A stretch of 61,528 nucleotides of DNA, counting the filler, from Nemertoderma westbladi (taxonomy: Eukaryota; Animalia; Xenacoelomorpha): NCBI GenBank assembly GCA_032718475.1. It is 3 parts of 3 records of this genome, joined end to end, with 100 filler letters (N's around TTAATTAATTAA, not from the genome) between each part and the next. Parts side by side here need not be neighbours in the genome. Positions count along the whole stretch, not along the records: positions 31,361 to 54,309 come from JAUCBJ010003951.1; 2 more parts are not named here. One strand, 5' to 3'. The notes under the pieces are model-generated. The model was given only the letters and a program-made list of their open reading frames with translations, did not search any database and had not been told where the DNA came from. This document shows, one piece after another, positions 36,726 to 46,314 of this stretch. The translations under genes and the position numbers were made by a program. Every line of letters starts with the position of its first letter. Within the stretch, counting starts at the first letter, position 1.

Positions 36726-36894
36726 TGTAATGTATAGAAGGAGTGACTACTGTCCGTGCCTGTCTATTATCAATTGTCTGGCCGTTATAAGTACCGCACT
36801 GCAATACATACTAATACTAGTTACCAGTATCAAAACCTCCACCAGTAGGCCTATCTACCATGGCCTACTTTATACACAATATACTAATATACCA

Positions 36895-37997
36895 CCCATA
36901 GCCCAAACAGTTCGATGGCAACCCCTCTCGCTCTGTCGCTGGCTAGTTCTCCCTGCCCAGAACACACTAGGTAATCAAAGTATCTGTTCGACTCACCTAG
37001 TCGTCTCCTCAACTTCACCTGGTCTATCTCAGCCCCTCCTCTAGCTTCTTTCAGTTGTTCCCGGGTCGCGGCGTAGGCTCGTCGGAGCCGGACGACCCCG
37101 ACGTTCTCGTCGTCGACATCTCCTCTCTCCCTCCGGGTCCGGCGTCGTACCGTCGGCTCCACCGTTGCCGTTCCGGTGGGCCGTTCGTCGCCCTCGGCCT
37201 GTGGCTGGCCGGCGACATCGGCATATCGACCGCCGCCCTGTGTCGACTCGTCTCTCTCCTCTCCCGACTCGTCCTCTCCCTGTAGGCGGCCCCCCTCGTC
37301 TCGGATCGCCGGATGGCCCGTTCTCGATGGGTTCGGCGTTGTGGGTGCATGCTGTCTCGTCGCGGCCTCGCGGATCGTTAGGTCGTCGTCCGGGGTCCGT
37401 GGCGGTGTCGTCTTTCCTTCTCTACTCATCTGTCTGCGTCTGGCAGTTACAGTTCGGCAGGCCTAGAGTTAGGACTGTGACGGGATCCGAGAGGATCCCA
37501 GTTTATCCGGTGTTGGTTGTGTACGCGTCCCCGCCGTACCGTGATGGAAAAGAGTTTGTGTTGCTCCAACGTTATTGTTAATATATGAAATACAGTATAA
37601 ATAGGATGATAGCAGATAGCAGTTAATGATGGTAATGTACCGGTAATATGGTGACGGCGGTGACGGTCCTAACTGTCACCGTACTGCCTGACTGTACTGG
37701 GATAACTGAATGAAAGCTGCATCGACCGGTAATATATATATTGCACAGTTGGCCATATTGCTACTCAGCCGATGCTTCCCCCTGATTGGCTAATATCCCT
37801 GTTGGCACCCTTTGGAGTGTTTCCCTTCACTCCTTGTGTTCTCTCTTGGTTAGGGGTTTGGCCCCTGACCCTCGTTGTGTGTTTCTCCTTCCCACTTTAT
37901 TGGGGTGACACGAGGTTGGGTAATCAACCTCGTGCTCCCAATATTGCTTAATGGCTCACTCTATGGGTTTGTGTTAGCGGAATTGGATAAGCTAACA
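36895..37997 (-). mobile_element. 5' part (LTR 37477-37997 plus gag N-terminus) of a second BEL-family element
   Basis: LTR TGTGACGGGATCC...GCTAACA is homologous to 10988-11574. ORF 36884-37429 (GQPQAEGDERP...LRRAY.AT..QLKEAR...GQGELAS.RARGVA.ELF) matches 9960-10751. Confidence 0.88.
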
Positions 37998-37998
37998 A

Positions 37999-39429
37999 GA
38001 AGCTCAAATCCTTATAACAGATCTCTATTCTAAAACCATTATCCATCCTTCGATGGTTCCCCATTTCGGAGACAAACTCTTCGCCACGGCACAGCCTCAA
38101 CCGGTTGATATCAACCTAAGATCTCAAGATCTTATCGCTGACGCTCCCATGTTGCAACGTCCGCCCATCGAAGCCGCTCGTGTCGATGGTATACTCGTTG
38201 AACCTCCGGACAATAGAGCGGATCTTGTCCGTCGCATGGTACACGATGTTAACATACGCGCTAGACCTTTACCGGACTCGTTTTATGGGATCAAAGATCA
38301 CCCTTATTACGTCAATCTAACACAATATTACATGGTAAAACCGGAAGATCCTACACATAGTCGGAGGTTTCTACCACTCATAAATCCTCTCGATCTTGTC
38401 GAACTCGAACAACTGCGGAAACATCTGGATCAGTTAGTTAAAATAAACTCATTTCGAAAACCATATAATGTTTCCAGAATAGAGAAAGAAACAATTCCTC
38501 CGAATAATCTTGATGGATTCATCAAAACTCGATTAGTACACTGGAATCTTGACATGTTATTCGAGGAGGAAAGAATACAACGATATGGAGATGTGGAAAC
38601 ATATACTACACAATACTTAAAGTATAGAGATCTACCTAATGCTAGCGAATGCGCTACCTTGTGGCATCCAGTGGGAATGACTCTCGAAAACGCCACTAAA
38701 GAGTGGAATGAGACTCTCAATGTTATCGAGATGTATGGAGTTGTCACTTACGATAACGAAGGTAGCGTTCCGGTTGGAGAACTGGGAACTACGCGGATGA
38801 TACACATACGAGGACTCGCTGGTTCTACCCACGTATTTACTCGAGCGTGTTCCGATGTGATTGATTATTCTTTTGAGACTCTTACTGAGACACAAAAGAA
38901 ACTCCGACATGGACAATTCGAACTCGCGCAGCGTTACGTCACCGACACCGAGCGCAAACCGGCCATGGGTATCGATGGATCGATGTTACCCCAGCCCGTG
39001 CTCGAGATGTTGTTTAACGAAAGAATCCTTAAAATCGGCTCAGCTGTTTATGGAGATCTACAAAACGACTTTCGGAATATGGAGAACATTCCATACCCTT
39101 TCGTTGATACTCAGCTGATTGCTCCCTGGGCAGAAGGCCGATGTTTCTTCCGCACTATGTATGCCAATACACCCAGCGGCATTACTAAAGTACAACGAAC
39201 CTCCATCGGACATCTTGCCTTTCAAGAATACGGATGGAATTTCAAGGTTGGAAATCCTATCAATTACCAACAAGTATATGGAGATCATTATTCTCGTTTA
39301 TACTTTGATGGACCATTGACCGCACCTGGCGCCGTGTATAGCTTTATGAGTGTTCCACTTCGTCCCTCCTTAGCTATATACACGATCTTTGAAAACGCCG
39401 CACTTGCCGGTTGGCTAGCCACCAGATGA
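37999..39429 (+). CDS. Putative DEDDy (WRN/MUT-7/EXD-like) 3'-5' exonuclease-domain protein, N-terminal part; frame open up to the LTR edge (first ATG 38053)
   Basis: VVTYDNEG (ExoI DxE), LPQPVLEMLFNERILKIGSAVYGD (ExoII), FVDTQ, SIGHLAFQEYG..FK and PLT....VYSFMS (ExoIII-like, with Asp replaced by Ser). Confidence 0.72.
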   Translation, partial: EAQILITDLYSKTIIHPSMVPHFGDKLFATAQPQPVDINLRSQDLIADAPMLQRPPIEAARVDGILVEPPDNRADLVRRMVHDVNIRARPLPDSFYGIKDHPYYVNLTQYYMVKPEDPTHSRRFLPLINPLDLVELEQLRKHLDQLVKINSFRKPYNVSRIEKETIPPNNLDGFIKTRLVHWNLDMLFEEERIQRYGDVETYTTQYLKYRDLPNASECATLWHPVGMTLENATKEWNETLNVIEMYGVVTYDNEGSVPVGELGTTRMIHIRGLAGSTHVFTRACSDVIDYSFETLTETQKKLRHGQFELAQRYVTDTERKPAMGIDGSMLPQPVLEMLFNERILKIGSAVYGDLQNDFRNMENIPYPFVDTQLIAPWAEGRCFFRTMYANTPSGITKVQRTSIGHLAFQEYGWNFKVGNPINYQQVYGDHYSRLYFDGPLTAPGAVYSFMSVPLRPSLAIYTIFENAALAGWLATR

Positions 39430-40795
39430 ACACAATAAATTCATCTGCTTCGAATGTTTCAGGCGCTTTCTGACTCCGTTCCGTAACGTTGATAGTCAGT
39501 TCAAGGACCGCGCTCTGACCAAACTCAGCCTAAGAGACTCAGCTGCGGAGAAGCTAAACAGCGCGGGATTTGCCCTTTTCCAGGACGTTTGTATACAGAA
39601 CTTACATTCATCTGTTATACAAAGACCCCGAATACCCACGGGTTATTCTGTCGTGGAAGTTCAGACAGTGGGTCCGCTTGCGGAGACAGCCGCACCTACC
39701 TCAGCTATGCAATTGGAAGACGAACCAATATGCTTAGAATCTGAGGCGATTCAGCCTACAGCGCCCCGGAGCAGCGATAACGACTACGTCTTAGAGTGGT
39801 ATCAAGGTCCACAATGTCTCACCGCATACGATTATCGACACGCCAACTATGTTTCTCGAAAACGTTGTCGATTATGCGCATCGAGAGACCATTTCACCCC
39901 TATGGACTCAGACGTACCCTGCTCCTATTTCCACGAACAACCGATGATGGAGATCTATTGTGCGTATTGCAGACTTAATAACTCGCACATTTTTGAAGTC
40001 TGCCCCCAATTTATGACTCAATGCCACCACTGTCAACTTAAAGGACATGCCAGTTATAATTGCCCCTTTAATCGCGAATTAGAAAGCGTAGATGAGATGA
40101 TTACCCTGCGATACATCCGAGCTTGGGAAGCGAACGCGGATTTACATTGTGAGTCCCGCCATCGCTATTACCCTGGACGCTCTTACGAGGGAGTTTACGC
40201 GTTCCATCCTTATTTATTCGCGTCTGTGGAACAAAAAACACGCACACCGAGTTACGAACTAATGAAGCATGTTGGTGAGTGTATTTCCACCAAATTTGTT
40301 CGAAAATATCTCAGGAACGTCAATCCTAATGATATTACTTCATACCATTTGATCAATTTCATCCGTCAAGACCCTGAGTATGGCGATTTATTTATCAACT
40401 CGCACCCTGAGTTACAGGAAGTATCTCGACGGCCCTACGAATATCGAGCCCGAGAACGCGAGCTGGAAAGAACCATTAAACCGAGGAGGTTTCTCACCAC
40501 TCACGGTCCACCTACCGCTATTGTCCAGACGACCCGTCAAGGACCCGTAGGAGCTGCTGTCCTAAGACGCGCCCTAAAGGCCGTTAGACCTCGCTCCACT
40601 GAAGTTGATATCGATCAACCAGGTACCTCGACCGGCGGATACACCGATCGTAATCCTAAACCTTCTGATGCAATTGTATTGCACCCTTCACCCAGGAGTT
40701 ACAGCCCTCCTAGTAAAGTGGCTCGCCCCAAAGAGAAAAGGACTCTTGCTAGCCTCAAAAAACTGCGTAAACGCCGTCCGCGTAAGAAAGACTAA
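39419..40795 (+). CDS. Triple CCHC zinc-knuckle protein with basic C-terminus; probably the C-terminal half of the exonuclease gene (frameshift at about 39419-39429)
   Basis: CRLCASRDH...C, CAYCRLNNSHIFEVC, CHHCQLKGHASYNC and KKLRKRRPRKK. The frame is open from 39419, overlapping the upstream ORF stop, and the linker is conserved in the paralogue at about 12720-12890. Confidence 0.75.
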   Translation, partial: PPDEHNKFICFECFRRFLTPFRNVDSQFKDRALTKLSLRDSAAEKLNSAGFALFQDVCIQNLHSSVIQRPRIPTGYSVVEVQTVGPLAETAAPTSAMQLEDEPICLESEAIQPTAPRSSDNDYVLEWYQGPQCLTAYDYRHANYVSRKRCRLCASRDHFTPMDSDVPCSYFHEQPMMEIYCAYCRLNNSHIFEVCPQFMTQCHHCQLKGHASYNCPFNRELESVDEMITLRYIRAWEANADLHCESRHRYYPGRSYEGVYAFHPYLFASVEQKTRTPSYELMKHVGECISTKFVRKYLRNVNPNDITSYHLINFIRQDPEYGDLFINSHPELQEVSRRPYEYRARERELERTIKPRRFLTTHGPPTAIVQTTRQGPVGAAVLRRALKAVRPRSTEVDIDQPGTSTGGYTDRNPKPSDAIVLHPSPRSYSPPSKVARPKEKRTLASLKKLRKRRPRKKD

Positions 40796-42289
40796 CTGTT
40801 TAGAGTATTTTTATATTTTAGAAACTGTGATTTTTATATTTTATAGACTAAAATCCCATTTTCTGGGAGCGGTGTAAAAGCTTTTGCGGAATTAGCCGGT
40901 TATTTTCCCCATAAAGTACTCTGTAGTTGGTTTAACAGGCATAAAAGGCCGTATCCTTACTGTACTGGTGTTTTAGTGGACATAAAAAGCCATTTCTTCT
41001 GTATGTGTACTTTAGCGGACATAATTAGCAATTGTATGACGCAATGCGCTAGATCCTCTTGAAACAGTGTAGTTACTATGACGACAGCTAACAGCTGAGC
41101 TGTACACGTGTAGTTATTTCCTTGTTCTCTGGTGTTTCTTTGTTCGGTCAACCAATCAGAGCGATTCTCTTGCTTTTTGTACAGAAACCTCCGAGAAATC
41201 GCGCAATGCATTATGGGTCAATGTTTACATTTTGTCCTGAGCCTAGAAGACCGGCTTTGGAATCTCTGTGTTTTTCAGTCTTTAGCCCAACATTAGTAGG
41301 CTTAATTATAGAACGTATATCTGTTATCATTACTCACAAACCAAATTTACATTTTACCACAATTCATAACTAATCAAACACCACATTTTTACTGCTATTT
41401 ACTGTCGGTTATTCATTATATCAGTTGATGGAATATTATTATATTGGATAATATCGATAAATTAATCATAAACCCTCAATCTTCTTGATATACTGAAGGT
41501 AAGAGAGACCGGTTACATATAACGATTGCGACTTACATTAAAGTGGTTTTGAAGTGAATCTAATGCTATTTCATAGGCACTACATGTATTGGTTGTTGTT
41601 CTCTTTATATGTGACTAAAATTAGTGAAGGTCGGCAGATCAGTGTGCAGCATTGTGCAGTATTGTGTATGATTGTGACTGATAACAAAGCATCTCCTAAA
41701 GAATGCGCCATATACGTGAATCCATAGCCATCCCGTTGTGTCTAGTTTAAGTCATAACTCTGTTTACATATGTAGAGCGCCACGTCCTAAAGGAACTGTT
41801 AATATTTCCCGAAAGTGAATAATATTTGTCAGAGATTATATATATTACGATCAGTCGAATAATACAGTAGGCATACACCGCAATAAGATTAAGCTTCCGA
41901 ATCCAGTCTCCCGAGTATATCCAACGGGTGAATGGTCGCGCATAGACTGGCTTCGGCTAATGTAGTGTATCAAATACTCGTCATAGGCTAAAGTCGATTT
42001 ATTATCTAGAAGACATCCCAATTTGGCAGGTTAAACTGCTAAAGGTCTGAAAGCGCGAACAAAGCTTTTGACCGAATTTCATGTGTTAAACTGTTAGCAA
42101 AACTACTTACACTGGGTTGCGGCAGCCATATTGTAAATACGTATTATCTCTAACTACAATCGGACTGCTGCATTGCAGCTGCACATGAGAAGCTATGCTG
42201 TCTTAAAAAAAATATTTTGACACTACCATTCAATCGACAATTGGCAAACCCAATGCAGCATGCATTAAGAATGATATGCCAGCTTATCA

Positions 42290-42640
42290 ACAAATTTGCA
42301 CCGCCACAACTACCTATCCACCATGGCTTTTGCGAGATTATCCGCCTCTTCAAGGCCAGTGTCCTTTAAGATGCGTCTCAAGAAAGTCATGGGCTGTCCA
42401 CCATGCCTATTCACTCCATGGGGCCGCCAAAGCACAAGATTGTGCACAGGCTGGACCTCTCGGCGAAAGCAATGCCTTGCAAAGCGGATGCGGCTTTGTT
42501 CAAGTATCAAGCTTGGGGGAACCAATGAGACACTTCCAATGTTATATAGTGTCTGGTTGGAGATGTGTGCATTGTACTTTGTACGAACCATTGCATACTG
42601 ATGTGATTGTGCAATGATTTCCTCAGGAATCATTGCACAA
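42290..42640 (-). pseudogene. 3' fragment of RTE-like LINE ORF
   Basis: HISNQTLY...RIRFARHCFR...LVLWRPHG..RHGG..MTF...LKDTGL....L.KAMVDR resembles RTE ORF C-termini. Confidence 0.75.
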
Positions 42641-42759
42641 CTTATATTGATAGTAACAATGTGTTGGCAAGCTGTATTTTTCGAGGTGTTATTATTATAC
42701 GTTTATTATATAGGAAGGGATCTAGGGGTCTTAACCTCGAATGATAAGTTTATTATCGT

Positions 42760-43190
42760 ACGTGTCCCGCACTTTACAGTGAAATGTCCCACACTTTACA
42801 TGACTTTGCTGCACTTAAACTACTCCCCTGTTTCATTGATGTTACCTACCATCTTACTAAAGGCTAATTTATTTTCCCTACATATCTAGGAACATCACGG
42901 AACAAAAGTTTTCCCACTAACTTTACCCAATTCGCTGAACTTTAGCAATGAATTTGACAGTTGAGAATTTCACTTTCGTATGCGTCCCGCACTTTACAAT
43001 TTTTTGAAGCAATAATTCTGAGACATAAACTGCTGCCGGTTTTCCAAACTGCTTTTTTTTACTGAACCGATAATTGGTTTTTCTAAGAAACACAAGCATT
43101 ATACTATTTTAGTTCATTTTCATGATGTAGAGTGCTAAAGTATGCACAAAAAGTCGTACGAATGTCCCGCACTTTACATGGAATGAGCCT
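42760..43190. repeat. Probable DNA-transposon end with dispersed GTCCCGCACTTTACA motifs
   Basis: Four copies of the 15-mer (about 42764, 42786, 42985, 43165), the last running into CATGGAATGAGCC; the partner end was not found. Confidence 0.45.
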
Positions 43191-43910
43191 ACTCCTCCTT
43201 TAACGAAGCCCCATTCAACTCCTTTTATAAGACTGTGTACTCTATCAATGCCTCAGTGGGTTGATTCCAGTACTGCAAGGCTCAGCGCCGGGTAAGTTAA
43301 CAATCTGTCAATAATAAAAATGAAAGCGAGCCGACATTTAGTCAGATCCACCAAATGGATGGCCAAGGAGACAGACTGTCTGGATTGAGCTGATTCGAGT
43401 TAAATCGCTTCGCCAAAACGACCAAGTAGCCCATAGGAATACACTACATTTTTTTTGGTGATTTTGGTCATTTTGGCCGCCAAAACGACCAAGTTAATGT
43501 TTATTGGGATTGGGACTGTATTTATCTATAGGACTACATTACATTGAGCGATTTCACATACAGACATCTGGACATACCGTATGCATAGGCGTAGTCGAAT
43601 ACTGTTTCCTGATTGGTCCAGACTGCCAGATGAGATAGAGAGAAAAGTCATGCATGTTTTTGAGATATTGCAGGGTAAATAGGGTATAACTTTTGCGTAG
43701 AGGTATAGCCTACATAGAGGCTACATGTAGGTATGTGTAGCCTACATGTAGATGCACGTGTAGGGTGAATGTAGGTAGGTGTAGGTAGGTCTTTAAAAAC
43801 AACAATGATGAATGAATAGGCCTACACGGGGTACCCGGACCCGAACTTCCTCGATGAGATGCGAATGCGGCGAACGGGGGTGGTATCCGGAACAACCATG
43901 AAGAGATGTA

Positions 43911-44753
43911 CGGTGGCTGAATTGTGCCACTTAATACTTTTTTTTATTATTTTTTTTTGAAGCGACTTTTTGGTCGACCAAAAAGTACTTTTTGGTCGAC
44001 CAATAAGTCGACTTTTTGGTCGACCAAAAAGTAGTTTTTGGTCGACCAAAAAGTACTTTTTGGTCGACCAAAAAGTCGACTTATTGGTCGACCAAAAAGT
44101 CGACTTATTGGTCGACCAAAAAGTACTTTTTGGTCGACCAAAAAGTCTGGAAGTATTATCCAATAGAAAACATACAACTATTTTCGAGGCAAAATCAAAT
44201 TACATTAAGTGAATTAGGTGGTTATTTAAAACCGTAACACTATCATGATGAAGGATTAATATCCTAGGTACCGGTAGGCCTAGCGATCAATGTGTTTAAC
44301 AAAGCTTTATGTACACCGGTACAGTAATTTGATTTTACCTCCAAAATAGTTATATATATGTTTTCTATTGGATAATACTTCCAGACTTTTTGGTCGACCA
44401 AAAAGTACTTTTTGGTCGACTAAAAAGTCGACTTTTTGGTCGACCAAAAAGTAGTTTTTGGTCGACCAAAAAGTACTTATTGGTCGACCAAAAAGTCGAC
44501 TTTTTGGTCGACCAAAAAGTAGTTTTTGGTCGACCAAAAAGTACTTATTGGTCGACCAAAAAGTCGACTTTTTGGTCGACCAAAAAGTACTTTTTGGTCA
44601 ACCAAAAAGTACTTATTGGTCGACCAAAAACTACTTTTTGGTCGAACAAAAAGTCGACTTATTGGTCGACCAAAAAGTATTTTTTGGTCGACCAAAAAGT
44701 CGCTTCAAAAAAAATAATAAAAAAAAGTATTAAGTGGCACAATTCAGCCACCG
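43911..44753. mobile_element. Foldback-type MITE with TA TSD and arms built from palindromic modules
   Basis: TA|CGGTGGCTGAATTGTGCCACTTAATAC ... GTATTAAGTGGCACAATTCAGCCACCG|TA. Arms contain arrays of TTTTTGGTCGACCAAAAA alternating with AGTACT/AGTCGACT; inner arm homology extends to about 44205 / 44325. Confidence 0.92.
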
Positions 44754-46314
44754 TAGAGATGCGCATATGGCGGGCGGTGGTACCCGAAACAACCAGGAGA
44801 TGCGAATACGTCGAATGGAGGTCCCCTGAATACCCACGAGACGGAGCCTATCAATACTACAGTACTGACAAAGGAAAAAACGACTGAACGATATACCGGA
44901 TACATACTGTAGATCTTATGATCCTGCGGGTTCGGGCATGGAGGCTAATGACTTTGTATGGGCCGAACGGCCCGAACCTTATGTTTCCAGTCAAGGAGGA
45001 ATCGACTAACGGTTCGGGTTAGAGCTCGTCGTCGGTGTCCATGAGGGTCTGAGGATGAGTGGGTAATTCAACAAAACGCTAACAATGATACCGGACTGAC
45101 TGATTGAACCAGAGTGGCGATGGTAGTCGCTGATGTATATATATTATATATATCATGTATTGATTGTTAGTAAATATTTTTTATAGTATTTGTTTATTAA
45201 ATTGTCTTCAATGTCTATATTGATAATATTGTGTGCTGTGCTGATTTTACTTATTTTTCACTTTATAAATCTTGCTGTGGCCGTTTTAATCTACTAAACT
45301 GCCGTATCAATTTCATGATATTTTAATGGATATGCAATTTAACTTCTTCTTTCTATTAACTTTCAATGCAATCAAATATAACTGTAAAGCTATTGACTTT
45401 CGTGTTATTGTTTTGCTGTTACTTCGAGATGGGATTTGAATCCCATCGGATTACTGATTAATTCCCATCATCGAGATGGGAATACTTTATAATGAAACAG
45501 TGTGGTGGTCCGCGGGATAGTGGGAAGGGATGGGAATGTTGCTGGTTGGACCAACCAGCAACATTGTGATTCCATCTATAGGGCAAATTTTTAAAGTGTA
45601 TATTTTACTTTCTCCAGCCTTCATGTACGTTCCACTTGGTAAAAAAAAATATATAAATAAAAAAAAATTAAAAAATAATAATTTTGTGAACTTGCTCAAT
45701 CTCCTAAAAGTTTCCAGAATTTCTAGAATATACCGCATAATGTTCAAAAGCGTGGATTTTAGTTGTTTGGCATTTTATCACATAACGTCATTATGTTTTA
45801 CAGTTATAGGATGTTTTACATAATGATGGTACCATTTAATACCATTCTGCTAAGTAGGGCATGTACGCCGAAAGCATTTAGCGCACAATTTTTTCAGATA
45901 CACAATACAGATTTACAATACAGATAAGAGATAGGGCCTACCGGTAATAAGCCTCCTGCCAGCCTGCTCCTACTTGGTGTGCTTAGGCCAGTTGCCAGTA
46001 GGCAGGCAGGTAGGTGGTAGGAGATTTCGCGCAGTATTTCTGCTGCGCGTGCCAATCTCGTGCAGTTTTTCTGCTGCGCACGCGGATTTTGCACTGTTTT
46101 TGACTGGCACGCGCACTTTTTTTTCTGCGCCGTGTCGCGTTCGGCGCACCAAAAAAATCACTTAGCAGAAGGGATTTAATATAGGTTAACTCTGATGTCT
46201 GCAGTCTGTAGTTTTCACAGTTGGCTTGTAACGTAATTCATTGTACTGCAGTATTATCCATATATAAATTATATATATAAAGTTACTGTTAAATTTTTAT
46301 CTTTACCACTACTT

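Larger units (their letters stand above)
31361..36894 (-). mobile_element. Young Ty3/Gypsy (Mag-like) LTR retrotransposon inserted in a BEL-family element
   Basis: Short LTRs at 36726-36894 and 31361-31518 (gap-truncated), with one substitution seen. PBS TGGCGCTGCGAGTAGGAT, PPT AAAAAGAGGAGT and a single intact gag-pol ORF. Confidence 0.95.

Noticed and set aside
39860-40070. Nanos or retroviral gag identity for the CCHC cluster
   Set aside because: Spacing does not fit the Nanos C-x2-C-x12-H-x10-C pattern, and no capsid-like or pol sequence follows; left as unassigned knuckles.
43826-43892. HDV-like ribozyme (TTCCTCG ... GGCGAAC)
   Set aside because: Could not build the P1/P3 nested double pseudoknot by eye.
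43822-44887. CRISPR-like palindromic array and LVDQK/FGRPK ORFs
   Set aside because: No unique spacers and no cas genes; the array lies inside the arms of a TA-flanked foldback MITE in a eukaryotic context.
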